DNA from: Thermodesulfobacteriota bacterium
GTDB taxonomy: Bacteria > Desulfobacterota > Desulfarculia > JACQYL01
DNA: 64,000 nt
Direction: 5' to 3'
NCBI GenBank assembly: GCA_963675595.2
Contig: CAXXLZ010000002.1
Span: forward strand, 1,280,001-1,344,000
A program made the translations under genes and the position numbers. The notes under the pieces are model-generated. The model had not been told where the DNA came from. It worked only from the letters and a program-made list of their open reading frames with translations, and made no database searches. Positions within the stretch are counted from its first letter, which is position 1. The number at the start of each line of letters is the position of its first letter. Below, one piece after another: positions 32,001 through 39,904 of the stretch.

Positions 32001-32324
32001 TTCGACGTTGTTGATCATATCCCGCAGCTGATCGAAGGAAAGCAAGAGAATGTTGACGATTTCCGGATTCGGCACGATTTCCTTGTCCCGGATCATGCCC
32101 AGAACGTTTTCGATCTTGTGGGCCAGTTCCTTGATCTTGTTCAGACCCATGAAACTGGCCCCGCCCTTCACCGAATGCGCCGCCCGGAAAACCTTGTTGA
32201 CTAATCCCTCATCGATTTCCGATCCGTTTTCTTCGATGACCAACAGGTCGTTTTCGATGCCCGCGAGATGCTCCCGGGCCTCTTCCAGGTACATATTCAA
32301 CACTTCGTCGTCTTGGAAACCCAT
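29094..32324 (-). CDS. cheA: Hybrid chemotaxis kinase CheA (Hpt, P2-like, dimerisation, HATPase, two CheW-like domains, REC)
   Basis: FRAAHSVKG; HLVRNSVDHG; SGRGVGMDVV; GATILGDG; C-terminal VLVVEDS/TDIEMP. Confidence 0.96.
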   Translation of the reverse strand: MGFQDDEVLNMYLEEAREHLAGIENDLLVIEENGSEIDEGLVNKVFRAAHSVKGGASFMGLNKIKELAHKIENVLGMIRDKEIVPNPEIVNILLLSFDQLRDMINNVETSEETDISEHTVALTGLTTAFLPADEKETVSKEVEIRFPDGRTMFTISEFDLAQSKKNGRIVYFVEYDLIHDIHYQDKTLMDLLRNLQDSGIIIASRVDISAVGSLEDSATSNRIPFLVLIATVMERDIIGALFEVEDSYIHTLGEDNVLYPLHSELPGAGGAAEPEMSLPEAEEAQTASAETAPPPPPEEETPETKPSKKAAPPVEKPETESPAAVKRKEPAGKEEAAKQLAPADMSLRVQVGLLDNLMTLAGELVLSRNQLMQSVSAGDRRALEIASQKIDLVTSELQEAIMMTRMQPIGNILGKFPRVVRDLARDLGKEVKLTLEGNEVELDKTILEGLSDPLTHLVRNSVDHGIEAPDVRTDSGKNVVGHVLLKAYHEAGQVNIEIQDDGAGIDPERVVTAALSKGLITDQQARLMSVKEKLALILMPGLSTAKKVSDVSGRGVGMDVVKTNLDRLGGVVDIESEMGKGTVIRIKLPLTLAIIASLLVAAGKERFAVPQVNLDELLRIPAAQVKDRIERVGDAEVVRLRGKLLPLVRLSDVLGIGRTYTDPESGDEKPDRRANIADRRSATYPFFEEGEEAESSHVPRERRDDGKDRRYQSSSAVNVTVVSAGAFKYGLVVEEFHDSEEIVVKPLGRHLKQCEGYAGATILGDGRVALILDVGGLARVAGLTSLEGTDRASELAREEAAKARTDKHAFLLFMSGEGEQFAVPLELVERVEDIRSTDIERVGGRRTIHYRGGSLPVFSLDEAAAVNPLAERENLVVIVFKIAGREVGLLGVTPLDAVELAIDIDDSTLRQPGIMGSAIVGEKTTLLVEVFELMETLNPGWFEHREPIKEEETGSAPIVLVVEDSEFFLNQVRRFIEEEGYKVVTAMDGVEAWNVLNETEGIRVVVTDIEMPNMDGYELAKKIRSDSRFSHLPVVAVTSLAGEEDIAKGVKAGIDDYQIKLDKEKLLKSIYEFLQR

Positions 32325-32337
32325 CTGCCCCTCCAGC

Positions 32338-32643
32338 TTAGTCGCCGACCACTTCGAAGTGCTTGTCCAGGCGCATCGTCGTGAGCAGCCCGAGGATGTC
32401 CCTGGATACATGAATCAACCTGAGCTTGCCTCCCGTTTTCAGCAGCGAATTGTGGGTGGCGATCAACACTCCCAGGCCGATGGAGTCGATCATGTCGACT
32501 CCTTCCAGGTCCATAATTATCGATTGAGGAGATTGCTTCGTGAGTTCCGACAACTCTCCTCTGAATTCATCCGCCATGGACGCCACGATATCTTTACCGG
32601 GCTTGACGGTGATCTGTTCGCCTTCCTTGATGATTTCCGCCAT
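32338..32643 (-). CDS. STAS-domain protein (anti-sigma antagonist-like)
   Basis: GAGGAG RBS; IMDLEGVDMIDSIGLGVL. Confidence 0.88.
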   Translation of the reverse strand: MAEIIKEGEQITVKPGKDIVASMADEFRGELSELTKQSPQSIIMDLEGVDMIDSIGLGVLIATHNSLLKTGGKLRLIHVSRDILGLLTTMRLDKHFEVVGD

Positions 32644-33209
32644 CCAGAACTCCTCGAGCCGGGGAAAATAGAAAGAATCGCGATAAGGATTCCCATGTCG
32701 ACCAAACCACAGACAAGGCAACCCCTGGAGATCAGGTACCGTTCGCGGCGCTCTCGGAAGATTCGCCCCGTCGGTCCCTTTTACGGTTTCGCCGAACCAA
32801 GTCGGCTGTAGCCGGGAACGACCGTCTCCGGCACAACGGAAACGCCGGCAATCCGCGCTGGAATCGACTGTTGCTTCTCGGATGAACTTCGCCGCCGTCA
32901 ACGAAAAGAAACAACCGGTCCGCCCTTTTTCGGGCTCCTGCAAACCGGTTCTCCGCACATGGAAACACTACGACAGCCTCTAAACAAATTCTATTCCAAG
33001 TTTTACTGTTTCATATCATCAAATGCCACCTTAGAAAAGTACAAATACCTGGAGCAGAGGGACGGACAATCGCACTCAGAGGACCCGGCGCACTTCGAGC
33101 GCCGGGAAATCCCGTATGCAAGTCTTGCACCCGTGCCCGACCTGTCTTATAGTCTTGGCCTTTTCCTTTTGCATTGAACAAGCTTTCACGTTTCCCCGGG
33201 GGAGCCGAA

Positions 33210-34796
33210 GTGCCGAACACCATGGAACGGCTGGAACAAGCCGTAGTGCTCGATAGTTGGGATTTTTCGGCCAAGTATGTGGCCGTCGGCGAGCTTTGCG
33301 CTTTGGCCCACCGGCACCCACAGGCTTTCACACGTCGCACCGTTGAAGCCCTCGGGAGCCTGCTTGGGAACGCCGGACTGTCATCCCAGTCTCAAAGCTT
33401 CTTTCTTTACAAGCAAACCGCTGAAACCCTCAGTTCCCTTTTTGTCCACGCCCCGGACCATCCCAATGCACATGACGCCGTGGAGGTCCTCAGGTCCCGG
33501 CTTGGATCGGAGATCCACCCGGCCCGCAGAGCCGTGGCCGAAAGCCTGGGTGCGCTGCCCTTGAGAGTGATCGGCCCCGCGCTCCCACCGCCTTCGGAGG
33601 GAGAAGCGCCCCTGCTGACTTGGGATCGCCTTCTTGAAGCCGCGAAAGTCCAAGTTTCCGACAAGCCTCGGTTCGCCGGAAGAAGCCTGGTAACCCCTCT
33701 CGTGGAAAGAGATGAACTGCTGGTGGTCAAAGCGGCCAGAAGCGGTGACCCATCGGAACCGCTGGCGCTGGAGTGCCTTTGGGCTCGATATTTCAATGAG
33801 TCAGAGGCTTCGTTTTCGGCGCCGTTTCGGTCTCCTCAACCCGTGCCCATTGGAGAGCGATTCCTTTTTCGGCTTGCGGAGTTTCCTATCCCCGTTCCGG
33901 ATACCGCGGATATCCCGCCCCGCCCCACGGCCGTGGCGCTGCTTGTCCCGAAGGACTATTTCCTTTATCCCAACTCCCCTCCCGTACCTTCACCCCGAGT
34001 CTTCGCCCACACCATCCTCGCCGACGCCCAACTGCTCGGAGAACTCACGGCCGCGGGCATCATCCATGAAGCGCCCATCCCGTTGTTCCACAACAGGGTT
34101 CAGAGGCATCGTCGCGCCGACTTGGGTATCTATGAGTGGTCCCAGGGCGGCCGTCTGGATCGGTGGCTGACCTCGTGCGCTCATCCCAATTTCGGTCCCA
34201 CCGGAATCCGCGATTTTGAGCACTTGGCGTCCTTCGACGGCACCAGTCGAAACCTGTATCGACACATCGGCAACCAAGTGCTGAGTCTGCTCCTCGTCGC
34301 CGGGAGCTATTTTCGAAACAAGGCTCCTCTCAGGAGGGGGTTGTCCGAGAGCGGAGCTCCCGTGGATTGCCGGGACTTGTTCGATCCCGACCTGTTGGAG
34401 GAGCTCGTCAGGGGCGTGTTCCTGAGCTACTACGAAGGCTTCGTGGGCGAAAAATTTCCAGGGAAAATCCCCTTCGACGCACGGCGCATTTCAGCTCGGA
34501 TGGTGGAAGAAATGGGTGTGGACCGCCACATGGAAGAATTCCTCCGGGTTCACGATCAGGAACGAATGACCGACGAAGAATTCCGAGCTTTTCTCACAGG
34601 CGTGGGATTTGCGGACGAGCAACTCGGCGGTTTCACAAAAGGAGCTGAAGACATCGCCATGATCACCGGTCCGCACCTCGGGGGGTTCAACCAGCGAATC
34701 TCGTTGCCGGAGATTCTCGAGGTGATCGAAGCGGCGTCGGCTTTGTCCATATTGGGGAGGTTCCGCCGGTGTTTCAACGGGGCGATTGAGGGGTGA
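33210..34796 (+). CDS. SidJ-related pseudokinase
   Basis: GRSL...LLVVK...E N-lobe; PLFHNRVQRHRRADLGIY; GRLDRWL...PNFGPTGIRDFEH, matching SidJ motif spacing as recalled; start uncertain (33174, 33210 or 33222). Confidence 0.8.
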   Translation: MPNTMERLEQAVVLDSWDFSAKYVAVGELCALAHRHPQAFTRRTVEALGSLLGNAGLSSQSQSFFLYKQTAETLSSLFVHAPDHPNAHDAVEVLRSRLGSEIHPARRAVAESLGALPLRVIGPALPPPSEGEAPLLTWDRLLEAAKVQVSDKPRFAGRSLVTPLVERDELLVVKAARSGDPSEPLALECLWARYFNESEASFSAPFRSPQPVPIGERFLFRLAEFPIPVPDTADIPPRPTAVALLVPKDYFLYPNSPPVPSPRVFAHTILADAQLLGELTAAGIIHEAPIPLFHNRVQRHRRADLGIYEWSQGGRLDRWLTSCAHPNFGPTGIRDFEHLASFDGTSRNLYRHIGNQVLSLLLVAGSYFRNKAPLRRGLSESGAPVDCRDLFDPDLLEELVRGVFLSYYEGFVGEKFPGKIPFDARRISARMVEEMGVDRHMEEFLRVHDQERMTDEEFRAFLTGVGFADEQLGGFTKGAEDIAMITGPHLGGFNQRISLPEILEVIEAASALSILGRFRRCFNGAIEG

Positions 34797-34916
34797 AAGG
34801 ACGCCTTTTCGCTTTCGACGGCCGCCTTTCCCGAGATATCGGGAAGCGCCCACAGGATAAAAACGTTTTGCCGCCCGGCACTTCGGAAAGTCCACGTCGG
34901 GCGGCGTTCGATACCA

Positions 34917-35360
34917 CTATTTCACAGGGATCGTCACCACCGGAACCGGAGAGTTCTTGACCACCTTTTCCGTGACGCCTCCAAAAGGAAAGTCTCCCTT
35001 GCGCCCGCGAGTGGCCATGACCACCAGGTCCATCTTCTCTTTCTCGATGAATTTCAGAATCTCCCGAGCCGGGTCTCCCATGACGATATGTTTGAAATAG
35101 AGAGGACAACCGTCCAGGTGACGTTCGCAAATCTGCCCCAAACGCTCCTCACCCTTTTCCTTTTCCCACTCCTGGATCTTCTTGATGTGGTCCTTGCCGA
35201 AATCCCCGTACCACGGTTCGTGTTCCCCGATGTCCTCAATGACATAAAGCAGGTGAATTTCCGTTGCATATTTCTGGGTCAGAGAAGTGACGTAGGGGAG
35301 AGCCTTTTCCGCATTGGCCGAGAAATCCGTGGGCCAAAGTATCTTTTTCACTTCCATCAC
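34917..35360 (-). CDS. Universal stress protein (UspA family)
   Basis: KKILWPTDFS, GDPAREI, DLVVMATRGR, GGVTEKVVKNSPVPV. Confidence 0.95.
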   Translation of the reverse strand: MMEVKKILWPTDFSANAEKALPYVTSLTQKYATEIHLLYVIEDIGEHEPWYGDFGKDHIKKIQEWEKEKGEERLGQICERHLDGCPLYFKHIVMGDPAREILKFIEKEKMDLVVMATRGRKGDFPFGGVTEKVVKNSPVPVVTIPVK

Positions 35361-35637
35361 GTACCTCCTTCATGAGGATCCAAAGGAATTCGAGATCGGT
35401 ACGAACGCCGAACATCACGAAAAACGTTTCGACCTCGGCCGACGGACCGAAACCCGTGCCGGCCGCGCCTCCATCCGGAAACACCCAAATCTCAGGGCAA
35501 ATTTTGTGAAGCCATAACTACACCTTATTTCAGCCGTTTTGTAAAGCCCTTCTTCTCTTTCAGGCGGTGCTGAATGAAAACAGGGGAAACAAACCCGCCC
35601 CGTCCGGTCACTGTCCTTACCTTTTCAAAGCATCTGC

Positions 35638-35666
35638 TTGATCGCGGGATCCGCCTGCGTTATAAG
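35638..35666 (+). promoter_or_regulatory. Putative sigma70 promoter for the helicase gene
   Basis: TTGATC-N17-TATAAG ending about 40 nt before the ATG. Confidence 0.45.
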
Positions 35667-35704
35667 CCCGACAACTCCGCCCGCGAAGTACCTTAGGAAC
35701 CCCC

Positions 35705-38662
35705 ATGAAATCCCATAAATGGTTCATCACCACACTGAAACGATCTCCCCGATTCGGTCCTTCACTAGCTCACCATCAGGAAATCCCGGGAAGCGCAGCC
35801 GTCTATGCCGACCCCTCGGTTCCGTTGCCCGATCCGCTTCCCCGCCTGCTGAACCGCATGGGAATACAACGGCTCTACAAGCATCAGGCGGACGCCCTCG
35901 ATCTGGCACGGAGCGGAAAAAACGTGGTCGTGGCCACACCCACCTCCAGCGGCAAGACCCTGATCTATTCCCTGCCGGTGCTGGAACGGATCATCCAAAA
36001 TCCCGGTTCCGCTTCAGCCCTGTACCTCTTCCCCCTTAAAGCTCTGGCCAGGGATCAGCACCGGGTCCTGAAGGAGGTGGAGGAACACATCCAACCCGAG
36101 GTCCGGCTCCGTTCGGCGGTCTATGACGGGGACACCGGGCCGGCGGAGCGGAAGCAGATCCGGATGGATCCGCCTCACGTACTCATCTCCAATCCGGACA
36201 TGCTCCATCTTGGGATTCTGCCTTACCATTCCGCATGGGAGAATTTCTTTCGAAGGCTGGAATACGTGGTCATCGACGAGTTGCACGCCTATAGGGGGAT
36301 ATTCGGTTCCCACGTGGCCCAGGTGATTCGGCGAATGCAGCGTATCTTGTCCTATTACGGCGTGTCGCCGACCTACGTGCTCTCCTCGGCCACCATCTCC
36401 AACGCGGGCGAGTTCGCCAATCGGCTGACCGATCGGCAGTTCGAGGTAATCGGCGAAAGCGGCGCACCTCGCGGGGCTCGACATTTTCTCTTCTTCAACC
36501 CGGAATTCACGAGCACCGGATTCACGGCGGCGCAACTCTTCGCGCATTGCATGCGGGAAGGCCTCAAGACCATCGTGTTCACCCAGTCCCGTCGCGTCAC
36601 GGAACTGGTCCACGTCTGGGTGAAGCAACTCGCTCCTGAACTCTCGGATCGGATCAGCTCCTACAGAGCGGGATTTCTGCCCGAGGAAAGACGTACCATC
36701 GAGCGGGACCTGAGTACCGGGAAGCTGGCCGGGGTCATTTCCACCAGTGCGCTCGAAATGGGCATCGATATCGGCGGCCTGGACGTATGTGTGCTGGTGG
36801 GCTACCCCGGAACCATCATGGCCACCTGGCAGCGGGGCGGCAGGGTCGGCAGGGAGGACCGCGACGCGATTATCTGCCTCATCGCCCAGCCCAACGCCCT
36901 GGACCAGTACTTCGTTCGCCATCCGCAAGACTTCTTTTCCAGGGGCTATGAGAGGGCGGTCCTGGACCCGGAAAACTCGGAGGTACTCAAGGCCCACCTT
37001 CCCTGCGCCGCGGATGAGCTACCCATTCGCTCCGACGATCCCGCGTATCCGCCGAAGAAATACCTCCCGCTCCTCAAGCAGTTGGCGGAAGGAGGGACCC
37101 TGCGGCCGGATCGGCAAAACGAACTGTGGTACTCCGTAGAGCGGTATCCCCATCGTTCCGTAGAGATTCGCAGCGTGGGCGAATCCTTCACCGTCATCAA
37201 CGCGGACACATCCAAAGCCATCGGGCGCGTCGAGGGGTTGCGGGCCTTCAAAGAATGCCACCCGGGCGCCGTGTATCTGCATAGAGCCTCCCAGTTTGAA
37301 ATCCTGGGGATGGATATCGAAAACACACGAATCACCGCCAGGCATGCCCAGGTACCCTACTACACTCGTTCTCAATCGGAGAAGGAAACGGAGATACTCG
37401 AAGTTCTGAAGAGCCGACCCTGTGAAAATTTCCTCGTGAAGCTGGGCAGGCTTCGAGTGACGGAACGAGTGACCGGTTATGAGAAACGTCGGATTCGAGG
37501 CCAGGAACTGATCAGCAAACACGAATTGAACTTGCCGGACCAGGTATTCGAAACCGTGGGTATTTGGATTGAAATCGACGACGTCATCAGACGCATTATC
37601 GAAAAGGAAGCCATGCAATTCATGGGAGGCATCCATGCCTTGGAACACGCGGCCATCGCCATGTTTCCCCTTCTGGCTCTTTGCGACCGAAACGATTTGG
37701 GCGGTATCTCCATCCCCTTCCACGCCCAGGTCGGGAAAAGCGCCGTCTTTCTCTATGACGGGTATCCCGGCGGCGTGGGTTTGGCGGACCAGGGGTTCGA
37801 TCTCATTGAGGAATTGCTGAGAAAAACCTTGGAACTCGTTTCGGATTGCGACTGCGAAGACGGATGTCCTTCATGTATCCATTCCCCCAAATGCGGAAAC
37901 GGCAACAAACCTCTGGATAAATCGGCGTGTATCCTCTGCCTGGAGCTACTGCTCAACGTGAGGGATCTCTCGGAAAACGAATCGCGAAGGATTTCGAACT
38001 CCGACTCTAAACCGTCCCCCGAACCGGCCCCCTGTGGCCCCCCCAGAGTGCTCTTCCTGGATGTGGAAACACGGCGATCCGCTCAAGAGGTCGGAGGCTG
38101 GAATAACGCACATCTCATGCGGGTTGCCGTGGTGGTGATCTATGACCTGCACGAGGACCGATTCCTGGAGTTTCAGGAGTCCGAAGTCCGCGATCTGGTC
38201 GATCTGATGCTCGACTCCGACTTGGTGGTCGGCTTCAACGTCAAGAGGTTCGATTACGGCGTTCTGAAAGCCTACACCAGCGTTGATCTCAAGCGAATCC
38301 CCACCTTCGATATCCTCGAGTACGTTCACAAGAAGATCGGTCGCCGCGTTTCCCTCGACAAAATGGCTTCCGCCACTTTGGGGGTGACAAAAAGCGGCGA
38401 TGGACTGCAATCCCTCGAATGGGTCCGCAAAGGAATGATGGATCGGGTTGCGGCGTATTGCCGGAAAGACGTGGAAATCACGCGTGACTTGTTCCTCCAT
38501 GGAATGGAGAACCGTTTTGTGTGTTATCGGGATGAACGCGGGAGGAACCAGCGGATCGAAGTGGACTGGAATTTGGACAAAATCATTCGCAGAAAGCCGA
38601 AACCGGATGTGCCGGAAACCTTGCGTCCGGTTCCCGGCCCTCCGCTTCGGACCGGGCCATAG
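35705..38662 (+). CDS. MrfA/Hrq1-like SF2 helicase with DUF1998 domain, fused to an RNase_H_2 (YprB/MrfB-like) exonuclease
   Basis: TPTSSGKT, DELH, SAT, QRGGRVGR; LYDGYPGGVG...CDCEDGCPSC...C; C-terminal FLDVET...GFNVKRFD...YCRKDV. Confidence 0.9.
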   Translation: MKSHKWFITTLKRSPRFGPSLAHHQEIPGSAAVYADPSVPLPDPLPRLLNRMGIQRLYKHQADALDLARSGKNVVVATPTSSGKTLIYSLPVLERIIQNPGSASALYLFPLKALARDQHRVLKEVEEHIQPEVRLRSAVYDGDTGPAERKQIRMDPPHVLISNPDMLHLGILPYHSAWENFFRRLEYVVIDELHAYRGIFGSHVAQVIRRMQRILSYYGVSPTYVLSSATISNAGEFANRLTDRQFEVIGESGAPRGARHFLFFNPEFTSTGFTAAQLFAHCMREGLKTIVFTQSRRVTELVHVWVKQLAPELSDRISSYRAGFLPEERRTIERDLSTGKLAGVISTSALEMGIDIGGLDVCVLVGYPGTIMATWQRGGRVGREDRDAIICLIAQPNALDQYFVRHPQDFFSRGYERAVLDPENSEVLKAHLPCAADELPIRSDDPAYPPKKYLPLLKQLAEGGTLRPDRQNELWYSVERYPHRSVEIRSVGESFTVINADTSKAIGRVEGLRAFKECHPGAVYLHRASQFEILGMDIENTRITARHAQVPYYTRSQSEKETEILEVLKSRPCENFLVKLGRLRVTERVTGYEKRRIRGQELISKHELNLPDQVFETVGIWIEIDDVIRRIIEKEAMQFMGGIHALEHAAIAMFPLLALCDRNDLGGISIPFHAQVGKSAVFLYDGYPGGVGLADQGFDLIEELLRKTLELVSDCDCEDGCPSCIHSPKCGNGNKPLDKSACILCLELLLNVRDLSENESRRISNSDSKPSPEPAPCGPPRVLFLDVETRRSAQEVGGWNNAHLMRVAVVVIYDLHEDRFLEFQESEVRDLVDLMLDSDLVVGFNVKRFDYGVLKAYTSVDLKRIPTFDILEYVHKKIGRRVSLDKMASATLGVTKSGDGLQSLEWVRKGMMDRVAAYCRKDVEITRDLFLHGMENRFVCYRDERGRNQRIEVDWNLDKIIRRKPKPDVPETLRPVPGPPLRTGP

Positions 38663-38675
38663 CCGGTCCGTTCCG

Positions 38676-39488
38676 CTATTCTCGCGCCTCGTCGAAGTGC
38701 TCCATGGCCTCGGGGATCAAACGCTTGATATTTTCGATGCGGGTCTGATCCGCGGGGTGAGTGCTCAAGAATTCCGGCGGCGCGTCTCCTTGTTTCTGAG
38801 CCGCCATGCGCTGCCAGAAGTTCACGGCCGCATGGGGATCGTAACCCGCCATGGACATGAAGATGAGTCCCAAATGGTCGGCCTCCGATTCTTGTAGGCG
38901 GCTGTAGGGAAGCAGAATGCCTACTTGGGCTCCCAATCCGTAAGCGGTCATGAAAAGCTGTTGGGTTTCAGCGGGCCGATTGGCCAGGGCCACGCTGAGC
39001 GCCGCCCCTCCGAGCTGTGCCAGAAGCCCCTGGCTCATTCGTTCGTTTCCGTGTTTGGCCACCGCGTGGGCCACTTCGTGCCCCATCACCACGGCCAATC
39101 CCACATCATCTTTGGTGACGGGCAGAATCCCGGTGTAAACCGCAACCTTTCCCCCGGGCATACACCAAGCGTTCACCGTGTCCTCTTCGATCAGGTTGAA
39201 TTCCCAACTATACCCCTTGAGCTCCTGTTCCATGCCGTTGCGGGTGAAGTAACGCTCCACCGCGATTCGAATCCGGTCCCCCACCCGTTTGACCATTTGT
39301 GCTTCCGGAGTTCCTGTGATTACCTTGTTCTCCGAGAGAAATTCCTTGTACGAATCCACCGCCATGCTCCGAACCTGTTGATCCGGAACCAGTTGGAGTT
39401 GTTGCCTTCCGGTAATGGGCACCGTCTGACAATAAGCCAGAAACAACAATAAGAAAGTCGAGAGAACCCATAGGAACTTTTTTTTCAT
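38676..39488 (-). CDS. M48-family metallopeptidase lipoprotein
   Basis: Lipobox-like LAYC; NAWCMPGG; HEVAH; ESEAD; FLSTHP. Confidence 0.93.
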   Translation of the reverse strand: MKKKFLWVLSTFLLLFLAYCQTVPITGRQQLQLVPDQQVRSMAVDSYKEFLSENKVITGTPEAQMVKRVGDRIRIAVERYFTRNGMEQELKGYSWEFNLIEEDTVNAWCMPGGKVAVYTGILPVTKDDVGLAVVMGHEVAHAVAKHGNERMSQGLLAQLGGAALSVALANRPAETQQLFMTAYGLGAQVGILLPYSRLQESEADHLGLIFMSMAGYDPHAAVNFWQRMAAQKQGDAPPEFLSTHPADQTRIENIKRLIPEAMEHFDEARE

Positions 39489-39904
39489 GCCCTATCCTTT
39501 CTTTTCGCGCGGTGCGAATTCAGGACTCCCCAAGGCGGTTGCCCTGTCGACGACGCCCCCGTAAGAGTGACTGTCACCCGGCCTTCCCCACGTCTCCTCC
39601 CGGTGCCGCCGCAGGGGCGATGCCCTCCCGCGTCCGCCCCATCCAAAAGACGATTCGGCCGCTTTCCCTTGACGTTAAAGCGTAGCACAAGCCTAATCGA
39701 GGGTAAATCCCCAGGTAAAATCCCCCGGACTGGAAAAGACCGACCCAAACAAGGTATGCTGTAATGGTGAAACTTAGGCAACAATACCTTTCGGCGCGAC
39801 GGGCCCCGCGCCGATACGGCTGAATCCGGGCTCATTCCGCCCTTGACGGTACCGCCGACCAATCTCCCCACGGCGTTGCCGAACGCAGGGCGACAGGAGG
39901 ACTC

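Noticed and set aside
32984-32999. Minus-strand TTGGAATAGAATTTGT as a sigma54 promoter for the che operon
   Set aside because: GG-N10-GT rather than GC, and a poor -24 box; insufficient support
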